Of a stretch of DNA of 64,000 bases, positions 1-8,798 are shown piece after piece (positions within the stretch are counted from its first letter, which is position 1; each line of letters begins with the position of its first letter). The DNA lies in NCBI GenBank assembly GCA_964413875.1, contig CAYPUA010000009.1, positions 7,289 through 71,288 of the forward strand. Reading direction: 5' to 3'. The notes beneath the pieces are model-generated. The model worked only from the letters and a program-made list of their open reading frames with translations. It ran no database searches and was not told where the DNA came from. A program made the position numbers and the translations under genes. The DNA comes from an uncultured Bdellovibrionales bacterium (GTDB taxonomy: Bacteria; Bdellovibrionota_C; UBA2361; OMII01).

Positions 1-828
1 CTCTCTGCCGAGAGCTTTGAGGGGGTCGATATTGCGCTCTTCGGGACCTCTGCTGAGCTGTCTTCTATCCATGTGCCAGCCGCGGTGTCAGCCGGCGCGG
101 TGTGTATCGACAACTCGAGCTACTTCAGGATGAAGCCCGAGGTTCCTTTGGTTGTGCCGGAGGTAAACTTCGATGCGATTAAGGACGGCGACATGATTAT
201 CGCCAACCCGAACTGCTCGACGATCCAGCTCGTGCCGGTGCTCGACGTGATCCACAAGCTTGCGGGGCTGCGGCACGTGGTCGTGTCGACGTACCAGTCT
301 GTGTCGGGCGCCGGCAAAGCCGCGCTGGATGAGCTGTGGGGGCAGACCTTAGCTGTCTTCAATCAGCAGGAAGTTCCGCAGGAGGCATTTCAGCACCAAA
401 TCGCATTCAACTGCATCCCTCAGATAGATGTATTTCTCGACAACGGCTTCACCAAGGAAGAGTTCAAGATAATTAACGAGAGCAGGAAAATTCTCGGTAT
501 CTCAGATCTTCGTATCACGGCCACAGCGGTACGAGTGCCTGTGTTCTTTAGCCACGCGGAGAGCGTTTTCGTTGAGACCGAGAAGCCTTTCGATCTTTCG
601 GACATCATCAAGCGACTCTCAAAGACTGCGGGTATTGCGGTGAGAGCGGCGCACGATGAGTACCCGATGCAGCTCGAAGCTGCGAGCACCGACGAGATCC
701 ATGTCGGGCGCCTGCGCCGAGACGAGTCGGTAGAGAACGGCCTTAGCATGTGGGTTGTAGCGGACAACGTGCGCAAGGGCGCAGCGCTCAACGCGGTGCA
801 GATCGCCGAGCGGCTGATCGCCGGCTAA
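1..828 (+). CDS. asd: Aspartate-semialdehyde dehydrogenase, C-terminal part; the N-terminus lies upstream of the window
   Basis: Frame 1 reads through from position 1 (…FEGVDIALFGTSAELS…). Asd-family residues follow, including the NCSTIQLVPVLD and STYQSVSGAGKAA blocks. Stop at 828. Confidence 0.9.
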   Translation, partial: LSAESFEGVDIALFGTSAELSSIHVPAAVSAGAVCIDNSSYFRMKPEVPLVVPEVNFDAIKDGDMIIANPNCSTIQLVPVLDVIHKLAGLRHVVVSTYQSVSGAGKAALDELWGQTLAVFNQQEVPQEAFQHQIAFNCIPQIDVFLDNGFTKEEFKIINESRKILGISDLRITATAVRVPVFFSHAESVFVETEKPFDLSDIIKRLSKTAGIAVRAAHDEYPMQLEAASTDEIHVGRLRRDESVENGLSMWVVADNVRKGAALNAVQIAERLIAG

Positions 829-839
829 CGTAGGCGGCT

Positions 840-1613
840 GTGGCGAACATCAAGCTTATCATTGAGTACGACGGGGCAGGCTTTCACGGCTGGCAGAAGC
901 AGCCTGGGCTGCGTACTGTGCAGTCTGAGCTTGAGAAGGTGATCCGAACGGTGGTCCGAGCTGATATCTCTCCGCTGCATGCCGCTGGCAGGACCGACAC
1001 AGGAGTGCACGCGCGCGGCCAGGTCGTGACCTTCAAGACGGAAGCGGCAGTAGACCTGTACCGGCTGTGCCAAGGAGTTAGCCATCTGATGCGCGGAGAG
1101 GTGGCAGCCCTCTCGGCAGAGGTGGTGCCCGATGACTTTCATCCGGGCTGGTGCTCAACCCACAAGATGTACGAGTACCGGATCCTGGCACGGCCTTCGC
1201 CGGCGGTTCTCGATGCGCGGCGCGTTTGGCACATCCCTAACAAGATGGACCTCGATCTGTTGCAGGAGTGTGCATCAGTGCTGGTGGGCACTCACGACTT
1301 CTCTGGCTTTCGTGATTCAACCTGCTGCGCCAAATCAACGATCAAGACGATATATTCAAGCCGCTTCGATCGGGAGGGTGACCTGCTTGTGTACCGCGTC
1401 GTTGGTGATGGCTTTTTGAAACAGATGGTTCGAAACATCGTTGGCACGGCGACAGATATTGGCCGGCGTCGATTGCGCAACCGCACAATGGCTCAGGTGC
1501 TCGAGGGAAGGGATCGCCGGCTCGGGGGTGTTACTGCGCCCCCACATGGGCTCTGCATGGCGTGGGTCTCGTACGAGCCGCCACCTCAGCTTGCGCCAGT
1601 TGCGAGCAAGTAG
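840..1613 (+). CDS. truA: tRNA pseudouridine(38-40) synthase TruA
   Basis: GTG start 12 nt after the asd stop. N-terminus VANIKLIIEYDGAGFHGWQKQPG and the RTDTGVHARGQV catalytic-Asp block are typical TruA. Confidence 0.9.
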   Translation: MANIKLIIEYDGAGFHGWQKQPGLRTVQSELEKVIRTVVRADISPLHAAGRTDTGVHARGQVVTFKTEAAVDLYRLCQGVSHLMRGEVAALSAEVVPDDFHPGWCSTHKMYEYRILARPSPAVLDARRVWHIPNKMDLDLLQECASVLVGTHDFSGFRDSTCCAKSTIKTIYSSRFDREGDLLVYRVVGDGFLKQMVRNIVGTATDIGRRRLRNRTMAQVLEGRDRRLGGVTAPPHGLCMAWVSYEPPPQLAPVASK

Positions 1614-2347
1614 GCGTGGACGAACGCCGCAGTAATCTGCTCAAGCAGGATGCCCAAGCCAGTTGGGCCGTTAAAGACCCAGGCGAGCAGCACCCCAAAG
1701 ATGACCAGGTTCCAGGCGAAGATGTAGAGCAGCCCGACGCCGTACCCACCGCGAATTTCGTTAATGTCGGTCTGTATTGGGGAGATGTCGCGCACGTTGA
1801 GGGCAGTATCGACCCCGTAGCAGATGCCCACCAGAAGCACCGCCATGGCGTGGTCTTTTCGAAGCGCTGCCGCAGCAGCGAGCATTCCTACAAAAGTGAA
1901 CACCGGAAGGATGTAGGGAGCGAGGGATATCAGGGCGTTCATGTGCGCAGTTCGCTTCGAGTAGGCGTAGACGAAGTGCCCTGAGTGCTCCCCGATCTTC
2001 ATGCCTTTGCGCTTGTTGCCGACTAGGTTCGAGACGATTGCGTGCTTTGACTCATGGATCAGAACTGACACGTGCCCTCGGATGAAGACCTGGCAGGCAA
2101 CTATCCCTGCCACCCAGGCTCCGAAGAATATCCCCACTGCCCTCCCATCAAGCGGAACGTACGAGAGGGTGAGGAGGAGCAGCACAACGCCCAAGGGCAA
2201 CAGAACGCTCAGCGAGAGGAAGAATGCGAATCCGCCGATCTTCTCGCCCGGCGCCGCCTCTGGGGTTGCCGGTTCTGTCTTGAAGGTTGGCTCAGGAAGG
2301 CTTGCGCTTGCCGGGTCGAGGGGGTCGTGGTGCTCGTCGTTAGTCAT
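1586..2347 (-). CDS. Polytopic membrane protein with HExxH motif (HESKH), putative M50B-like zinc metalloprotease
   Basis: Several hydrophobic helices and the LIHESKHAI motif. The stop overlaps the truA 3' end by about 28 nt (convergent). The N-terminal about 45 residues are Pro/Ala-rich, so the true start may be internal. Confidence 0.5.
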   Translation of the reverse strand: MTNDEHHDPLDPASASLPEPTFKTEPATPEAAPGEKIGGFAFFLSLSVLLPLGVVLLLLTLSYVPLDGRAVGIFFGAWVAGIVACQVFIRGHVSVLIHESKHAIVSNLVGNKRKGMKIGEHSGHFVYAYSKRTAHMNALISLAPYILPVFTFVGMLAAAAALRKDHAMAVLLVGICYGVDTALNVRDISPIQTDINEIRGGYGVGLLYIFAWNLVIFGVLLAWVFNGPTGLGILLEQITAAFVHAYLLATGAS

Positions 2348-2461
2348 CTGCGTTGCATTCAGAGGAATTCGGTGAAAGCTGCGCGCTCCTTCCTCTCTTG
2401 TTGCTTAGCATGGAATGATGCTGCGCTCACCCCCAATCATGCTTCGGCTGTCGACGCGCTC

Positions 2462-4396
2462 CTAAAATCCGAACGGGCCCTTGGGGCTCTTTGGGCTCTT
2501 CTTCCCTGAGTTGGGGTCGGATGGCCCTACTCCAAGGAGGCCGCCCACTATTCCGAGGGCTTCTCCAGGCAGATTGGTTATTGTGCCTGTCAGAAGTTTT
2601 GTGACATCTGGCAGCACTACGATCATCGGGCTGCGGCCCTGAATCATAACCGGCACTACGAGCTGCTGGGCATTGTTGAGCGCCCGGTTGAGCCCCTTGA
2701 AGCTCTTCACGAGCCCCATCGAGACATCGGGCGAGAAGGTAAATGTAGAGCTAATGTTGAGGTCCCCGTTTGCGGAGATGGTGCCGTCCGCCGTAAACGA
2801 ACAGAGGTCACTCACTGCCTTTACCCCGCTTAGCGTCGTCTGACCGCCGGCGTACGAGAAGTTGCCTTTTAGCTCTCGGATTGCGGTGTCATTGGCTGAG
2901 ATATGCTGCTTGTACTTGTCTGGCAGACCACCAGTAAGGAGTCCACTGAAAATCGGGATCTCGGTGAGCTTTTTGAGAACCTGCATCGGCAGGTTGTTGC
3001 CCCTGAGCACGCCGTTAGTGGCGAAGATATTTCCGTCGACGCGCATTGAGCTACCCATCTGGTCTCCCAGTTGGCTGTTCACGTTCGCAGAAAAGGTGTT
3101 CACGGTTCCACTTAAGCTCTGGGCCAGGCTCGGCTTGACAGCGCTGAGGAGCTGCTCAAGCTGAATCGACGAGGCTGTTGGCTGAGAGGATAAAGTGCCA
3201 GGTGAGCCCTGAGAGATCTTGGCGGGAAGGTTCATCTTGCCGCCGAAGCCGGTCACCGTAAGGGTAGAGATGTCCACTCCCTTGGGTGTGAGGCCAAGCG
3301 CCGCATCAACCTTGAGCGGGGCCGACTGGAAGTTCAGCGATAACCCCTGAGTAGAGATCTTGAGGTTGTCAGTTGGTCCGGCTGCCTTGATCGTTCCCGA
3401 GAGGTTAGTGACTTGCTGCCCGCCCGAAAGAGTGAGCCCCACTGATTTTGGCGAGGCACTCACGTCGAGCACGGGAGCTTGATTCCCTTTAAGCGTTGCC
3501 GTCACTGCAGCACTCGTTTTTCCGACAGGCTTAAGAGGAGCGAGAACCGGGAGAACGTTGTGCAGGTTGGCCGCAATGATAGCGAGGTTGAGGGAATCAG
3601 ACTTTGCGTTCGCCTGCCCACTGCCTGATCGGAGGTCGAGTGCGGCGCTGCCCTGAATCGTGCCTGCCTCTCCGATCAGAGTCAGGTTTGGGGCCTTGAG
3701 AGTCTTCTCTTGCTGCGCAAACTCGAAATCCTTAGCTGCTAGCGTGAGGGCGTGAGAGCCATTGAGGCGGGCTGTGATCTGCAGCGTTGGAACCTTCACG
3801 AGAGAATCGCTGACCACAACCGCGGCGTCGAGCGCTATCGCTGAAACGGTGACGCCGTTTTTGTCGTGTTTTGATGGAATGACCACCGAGCCGCCTTCGA
3901 CTTCGATTCGATCAACGGAGAGCGAGAACGCTTTGGTTGGCGCGGCAGCAGCGGTTGGTGTGGGAGCCGGAGTGGGGGTGCCCGCAGCTGCGACGGGAGT
4001 TGGGGTGCCTTGAGGCAGGCCTTTGATAGCGAGACCCTGTCCGTTGTTGACAAGGATAATTGATGGCTCAACTAGGTGAATGCTCTTCACGATGATCTGC
4101 TTGGACAGGAGCGGCATTAGCTCGGCTTTCGCGCGCAGCGCTTTGACGCTTACTCCACTAGTGCCCCCCTTAGCGTCCTTTATCACGAATCCATCAACGG
4201 ATAGCTCGAGCGCCGGAATCACTTGCACCGAGACATCCGAGAAAGCGACTGGAGCGCCGAGCGCATCGGAGATCTGCTGCTGTATCTCGTCCTTGTGGCT
4301 GTCGACGTAAGAGTTCACGTACAGAAGAGCGGCGCCCACCGCTGCGAGAAGCAGGATGACGATGACGAGCAGTGCAATGAGGATCTTCTTTTTCAT
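2462..4396 (-). CDS. asmA: AsmA-family outer-membrane assembly protein
   Basis: N-terminal signal anchor MKKKILIALLVIVILLLAAVGAALL followed by a long Ser/Thr/Gly/Ala-rich beta-type region. Overall architecture of AsmA/YhjG-like proteins, 644 aa. Confidence 0.75.
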   Translation of the reverse strand: MKKKILIALLVIVILLLAAVGAALLYVNSYVDSHKDEIQQQISDALGAPVAFSDVSVQVIPALELSVDGFVIKDAKGGTSGVSVKALRAKAELMPLLSKQIIVKSIHLVEPSIILVNNGQGLAIKGLPQGTPTPVAAAGTPTPAPTPTAAAAPTKAFSLSVDRIEVEGGSVVIPSKHDKNGVTVSAIALDAAVVVSDSLVKVPTLQITARLNGSHALTLAAKDFEFAQQEKTLKAPNLTLIGEAGTIQGSAALDLRSGSGQANAKSDSLNLAIIAANLHNVLPVLAPLKPVGKTSAAVTATLKGNQAPVLDVSASPKSVGLTLSGGQQVTNLSGTIKAAGPTDNLKISTQGLSLNFQSAPLKVDAALGLTPKGVDISTLTVTGFGGKMNLPAKISQGSPGTLSSQPTASSIQLEQLLSAVKPSLAQSLSGTVNTFSANVNSQLGDQMGSSMRVDGNIFATNGVLRGNNLPMQVLKKLTEIPIFSGLLTGGLPDKYKQHISANDTAIRELKGNFSYAGGQTTLSGVKAVSDLCSFTADGTISANGDLNISSTFTFSPDVSMGLVKSFKGLNRALNNAQQLVVPVMIQGRSPMIVVLPDVTKLLTGTITNLPGEALGIVGGLLGVGPSDPNSGKKSPKSPKGPFGF

Positions 4397-4661
4397 ATTG
4401 AGGGGCGTTCCAAAACGTAGCTACCAGATGGATTCGACCACTTGGTCGAGGTCGATACGGCCGCTCTACCGTGTCCGAAAAAAGTCATCGGATTCGAGGC
4501 GCCACGACTAACAAACCGCCCGAGGATACGGAGAGTGGGCCAATTCCGCAAGAAATGTGTTCAAAATCGAGCCCTTACCCCCCGTGGGCTATACCTTGCG
4601 CGCCAACTGGGGTAGAAACTCGGGCGAATTCAGTGGAGTTGTGGGATTAGCTATGGCCCTG

Positions 4662-5828
4662 CGGGTCGTGATCAGCGCGGGAGAGGTTTCGGGCGACCAG
4701 CACTTGGCTAGGGTCGTGCGCAGCCTCAAGGCTATTGACCCCTCGGTAGAGGTCCGAGGGATGGGGGGGAAAGAGTGCCGCGAGGCCGGCGCGGAGCTCG
4801 TCGTTGACTGCTACAAGAGCGGTGCCGCGATGGGGTTCCTTGAGCTCTTCCGCTCGTTCCGCGGCATCTTCTCCTCGTTCAGCTCGATGTCATCGCTGGT
4901 GCGTACGTGGAAACCCCACCTGGTGCTACTAGCCGATTACCCGGACTTCAACCTGCGGCTGGCGAAGGTCGCGAAGGCAGCGGGCTCCAAAGTGCTTTAC
5001 TACATACCCCCGAAGGTTTGGGCCTGGCGCGCTGGCAGAGTCGAGGCGATCAAGCGCTCAGTTGACCACATCGCAGCTATCTTCCCGTTTGAGAAGGAGT
5101 GGTACCAGCAGCGCGGATTCAACGCCGTGACGTACGTGGGGCACCCGCTTACTGACCAGAACAAGGCAGCCACCGGCGAGCACACTCGCGTCGACAAGAT
5201 TGTGCTGATGCCGGGCAGCCGCAAATTTGAAATTGAGCGAATGTTGCTCCCAATGCTCCAGGCTTTTGAGCGAGTCAGGGTCTCGCAGCCAGGTTTGCAG
5301 GCGGTGGTGATGCTGGCGGACAACATGTCAGAGGAATGGGCGAAGAGCTGTGCGGCAACGGCTGTGTCGCCAGAGACGATGTCAGCTGTATCCTGGAAAA
5401 AGGGCGGCGTGATTGAGGAGATGCGGCACGCGCGGGCGGGAATCCTCAAGTCAGGAACCTGTAACCTGGAGGGAGCCATCGCGGAGCTGCCCTTCGTCTG
5501 TGTCTACAGTGGTACCTTGCTGGCGAAGATGATAATTAAGGCCTTCGTTAACCTACAAGAGTACTCGCCGGTGAATATTATGAAGGCGGGGACTGTGCCC
5601 GAGCTCATGCGAGTCAGGCAGAATACGGCTGATCTTGAGCGGGAGCTGCTGAGGGTGCTGCAAGACGGGCCGGTGCGAAATAAGATGATTGGCGACCTGC
5701 GAGACGTGCGCGCCGCGCTCTTTAGCTTCGAGAGCTCCAGCGGGCAGTCTGAAACTGTAGCCGGGCGTGTCGCGGCGCTCGTGACAGAGATGGCCCAACG
5801 GCCACAAACGGAGGCAGCGGCAAACTGA
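4662..5828 (+). CDS. lpxB: Lipid-A-disaccharide synthase
   Basis: N-terminus MALRVVISAGEVSGDQHLARVVRSLK matches the LpxB IAGEASGD block. The track ORF starts at 4557, but ATG 4662 fits the family N-terminus. The stop overlaps the msbA start (TGATG). Confidence 0.85.
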   Translation, partial: RVVISAGEVSGDQHLARVVRSLKAIDPSVEVRGMGGKECREAGAELVVDCYKSGAAMGFLELFRSFRGIFSSFSSMSSLVRTWKPHLVLLADYPDFNLRLAKVAKAAGSKVLYYIPPKVWAWRAGRVEAIKRSVDHIAAIFPFEKEWYQQRGFNAVTYVGHPLTDQNKAATGEHTRVDKIVLMPGSRKFEIERMLLPMLQAFERVRVSQPGLQAVVMLADNMSEEWAKSCAATAVSPETMSAVSWKKGGVIEEMRHARAGILKSGTCNLEGAIAELPFVCVYSGTLLAKMIIKAFVNLQEYSPVNIMKAGTVPELMRVRQNTADLERELLRVLQDGPVRNKMIGDLRDVRAALFSFESSSGQSETVAGRVAALVTEMAQRPQTEAAAN

Positions 5829-7576
5829 TGTACAGGCGAATCCTCACCTACCTCCGTCCTCACCTCGGCACGTTTGGCGTGGCGCTGCTGTGCATGGTCG
5901 CCTTCGGCGCCACAGACGGAGTTGTTCCGTTCCTGATCAAAGGCACGCTTGACGGCGTCTTCGGTGCAGAGAAGAACGCCGAGCTGCTCTACAAGCTTCC
6001 TTACATTATCATCGGCTTCGCTGCAGTTCGGGCAGTGTGTGACTTCGGGCAGCAATTCCTGATGGCATCAGTCGGCCATCGAGTCACAGAAGACCTCCGC
6101 AACGACGTTAATCGTCACGTTCTCTCGCTCTCTCCGGACTTCTTCGTGCGGCACTCCACTGGAGAGCTCCTGTCACGTGTGACTTCAGATGTGCTGCTCG
6201 TGCGCTCGTTGCTCACAGAGTCTACCGCAGCGATTATCCGAGACTCGATCCGGGTCGTGGTGCTGCTGGGGTCTTGCGTGTACCTCGATCCGACCCTGTC
6301 GCTCATCTCAATCGTGTTCTTCCCGATTGCGGGCCTGCCGATTGCGCGTCTCGGCAAGCGCATGCGGAAGCTTAGCAAACGCGGGCAGGACGCAATCGGA
6401 CAGCTCTCAGCCCTGTTCCAGGAGAGCATGCAAGGCCACCGTGTCGTTAAGATCTTCTGTCGTGAGGACTTCGAGCAGGAGCGCTTCGAGAAGGGAAACA
6501 ACGAGCTTACCAAGACCTTCATCCGCTCGGAACGGGTCAGGGCGCTTGCCGGGCCGATCAACGAGTTCATGGCGAGCCTGGTAGTTTCGGGCGTTGTGCT
6601 GTACGGCGGCTGGTCTGTTATCTCTGGCACGCGCACCGCGGGCGGATTTATCGCGTTCCTGATCTCAGTGTTCCTGATGTATGAGCCGTTCAAGAAGCTG
6701 ACCCGCGTCAATGCGACAGTGCAGCAGGGCCTTGCAGGCGCCCAGCGCATCTTTGAGATCCTCGACACTGTTCCCTCGATTCGTGAGCCGCAGCAGCCAA
6801 GGAAGCTCTCGGAGAGCTGCGAGATCTGCTTTAACAATGTGAGCTTCCAGTACCCGACTCGTGGCCAGGGGGACGAGCCCACCGCTGCGTTAATCGACGT
6901 CTCGCTCACGATCCCTGAAGGCAAGAAGGTTGCCTTGGTGGGCTTCTCAGGCTCAGGCAAGAGCACCCTCGTTGACCTAGTGCCGCGCTTCATCGACCCG
7001 AGTATCGGCTCGGTCACGCTCGGTGGCACGGACCTACGCGAGGTGCGGCTTGAGGACTTGCGCGCCCGGATCGCTATGGTCGGACAGCACACGTTCCTCT
7101 TCAATGACACGGTGTACAACAATATCGCGTACGGACATCCAGGAGCCACCGAGGAGCAGGTGCAGGCGGCCGCCCAGGCAGCCTACGCGGCTGATTTCAT
7201 CGATAGGCTTCCTCTTGGGTACGAGACGCTCGTCGGGGAAGGGGGAATGACCCTTTCCGGGGGAGAGCGGCAGCGCTTGGCGATCGCTCGCGCGATTCTG
7301 AAGAACTCGCCGATTCTTATCCTTGATGAGGCTACGGCCTCGCTCGACAACCGCGCCGAGCGCGAAGTGCAGATGGCGATCGAGGCGCTGGAGCAGGGGC
7401 GCACTAGCATTATTATCGCCCACAGGCTCTCCACCGTGCGTGACGCCGACCTCATCGTCGTCATGAGCGGAGGCCGGATCGTCGAGCAGGGCACGCACGA
7501 GGAGCTGCTGCGTCGCGAGGCCGAGTACTCACGGCTGCATGCCTTGCAGTTCCGAGAGTCCGAAGCGGTCAACTAA
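5828..7576 (+). CDS. msbA: Lipid A export ABC transporter, fused permease/ATPase (MsbA-like)
   Basis: Six-TM N-domain followed by an NBD with Walker A GFSGSGKST, ABC signature LSGGERQRLAIARAIL and Walker B ILILDEATASLD. Position between lpxB and waaA/lpxK. Confidence 0.85.
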   Translation: MYRRILTYLRPHLGTFGVALLCMVAFGATDGVVPFLIKGTLDGVFGAEKNAELLYKLPYIIIGFAAVRAVCDFGQQFLMASVGHRVTEDLRNDVNRHVLSLSPDFFVRHSTGELLSRVTSDVLLVRSLLTESTAAIIRDSIRVVVLLGSCVYLDPTLSLISIVFFPIAGLPIARLGKRMRKLSKRGQDAIGQLSALFQESMQGHRVVKIFCREDFEQERFEKGNNELTKTFIRSERVRALAGPINEFMASLVVSGVVLYGGWSVISGTRTAGGFIAFLISVFLMYEPFKKLTRVNATVQQGLAGAQRIFEILDTVPSIREPQQPRKLSESCEICFNNVSFQYPTRGQGDEPTAALIDVSLTIPEGKKVALVGFSGSGKSTLVDLVPRFIDPSIGSVTLGGTDLREVRLEDLRARIAMVGQHTFLFNDTVYNNIAYGHPGATEEQVQAAAQAAYAADFIDRLPLGYETLVGEGGMTLSGGERQRLAIARAILKNSPILILDEATASLDNRAEREVQMAIEALEQGRTSIIIAHRLSTVRDADLIVVMSGGRIVEQGTHEELLRREAEYSRLHALQFRESEAVN

Positions 7577-7624
7577 CGGGCAGGGCCAAGCAACTTGCTG
7601 CGTGCGGCCCCCGAATAGTTCGGT

Positions 7625-8014
7625 GTGCGCCTATCTACCCTTTCTCAAGTTCTCGCTCTCATCCTCTTGCTCTTCGCTCAACCGGCAGAGGCTGGCCCGC
7701 GCACTCGCTCGACTCCTGAACCAGAGCCGAGCCTCCGCACGACGTTACGGTGGAGCGATCTCTCCGTTCTGCTGGGGCGGTCACGCGGCCAGCAGGAGCT
7801 TCGGCACGTGAGCGTAAGAGTCAGAAACATCGGCAGGACGGATGCTCGTCAGGTGCAGGTCGTGGCCCGTGTCCCGGGCGGGCCACGGGTGCTGCTGCGC
7901 GGCCCGAAGACCCTGCGCCCAGGTGGCACAGCTGTGTACCTATCCTCGGCGAAGACGCTTGTGGTGGGGGCGGGGAGGGTCACAATCGAGGCGGGCTGCT
8001 TTGAGTGTCGGTGA
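7625..8014 (+). CDS. Small secreted hypothetical protein, possible CARDB-like beta-sandwich
   Basis: Clean signal peptide MRLSTLSQVLALILLLFAQPAEA. Coding-like codon usage. The VRVRNIGRTDARQVQVVARV…GGTAVYL pattern is reminiscent of CARDB domains. It fills the 510 bp gap inside the lipid A cluster. Confidence 0.4.
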   Translation: MRLSTLSQVLALILLLFAQPAEAGPRTRSTPEPEPSLRTTLRWSDLSVLLGRSRGQQELRHVSVRVRNIGRTDARQVQVVARVPGGPRVLLRGPKTLRPGGTAVYLSSAKTLVVGAGRVTIEAGCFECR

Positions 8015-8087
8015 AACTTTGCGTTTCGCCTGCTTCGATTGAGCCAGCCTCAAACCTGCGGGTAAGCGGCGGTTTTCACGAGGCCTT

Positions 8088-8798
8088 TTGACGGCAGGGG
8101 CGTGGGCCGTTACACTCTCCAACATGTCTAGGGGCGGTTTTCTCTCGGGGGTTAAGACGGTAGTGCTCGGCACCTTTGCGGCCGTGGTGATCAAGCTCCT
8201 TCGGATGACCGTGCGGTGGCAGTACATCGGTTTTCCGGACGGCGCCACTGCGCCTGATGCGCCGCCCGCCGTGTTCGCTTTCTGGCACGGCCGGATGTTG
8301 ATGCTCGTCGATGCATACTGGAGGCTCCGAGGCCGGCGATCAAAGAAGTCCTTTATGCTCATCAGCCGGCACGGCGATGGGCGCCTGATAGCATTTGCAA
8401 TTCAGCTCCTCGGAATCCACTCGGTTGCTGGGTCGTCAAGCCGGGGTGGCATAGCTGCGCTTATGGAGCTGTGCCGAAAAGTCGAGGAAGGGTGCGACGT
8501 GGGCTTCACTCCGGATGGTCCGCGTGGTCCCCGACAGGAGTGCAAAGCCGGGCTCGTGGCGGTAGCGCAGCGCAGCGGTGTGCCGATTGTTCCGATGTCG
8601 TACTCGACCGAAAAGAGGTGGCAGCTCTCATCCTGGGATGGGATGATCGTGCCTAAGCCCTTCTCGCGGGGTGTTGTTATCTTGGGTGAGCCGCTAACGG
8701 TTTCCGCCGAGGAAGATCAGGAGCGTGCCCGGGCTCGGGTTCAGGAAGCCTTGAATGTCATCACAGAGCAAGCGGACAGGTACTGGGATGCTGGCTAA
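8088..8798 (+). CDS. DUF374-like protein (lysophospholipid-acyltransferase-like; commonly encoded next to waaA)
   Basis: FAFWHGRMLM motif and size about 230 aa. Its 3' end overlaps waaA. The family name is from memory. Confidence 0.65.
   Translation: MTAGAWAVTLSNMSRGGFLSGVKTVVLGTFAAVVIKLLRMTVRWQYIGFPDGATAPDAPPAVFAFWHGRMLMLVDAYWRLRGRRSKKSFMLISRHGDGRLIAFAIQLLGIHSVAGSSSRGGIAALMELCRKVEEGCDVGFTPDGPRGPRQECKAGLVAVAQRSGVPIVPMSYSTEKRWQLSSWDGMIVPKPFSRGVVILGEPLTVSAEEDQERARARVQEALNVITEQADRYWDAG

Noticed and set aside
4557-4661. N-terminal extension of lpxB suggested by the ORF track (start 4557)
   Set aside because: The LpxB family N-terminus aligns with the internal MALRVVISAGEVSGD. The extension has no homology support.
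6115-7149. 344-aa ORF antisense to msbA, plus similar long antisense ORFs: 11258-11980 in uvrC, 32315-33088 in the sigma-54 regulator, 33983-34873 opposite the Cys-rich gene, 42158-43138 in ftsK, 50152-51057 in mrcA, 51804-52826 opposite ruvAB and 53909-54733 in ntrY
   Set aside because: These are typical stop-codon-poor antisense frames of high-GC DNA. Their products are Arg/Ser/Pro-rich with no motifs, and each is fully embedded in a gene with strong family evidence.
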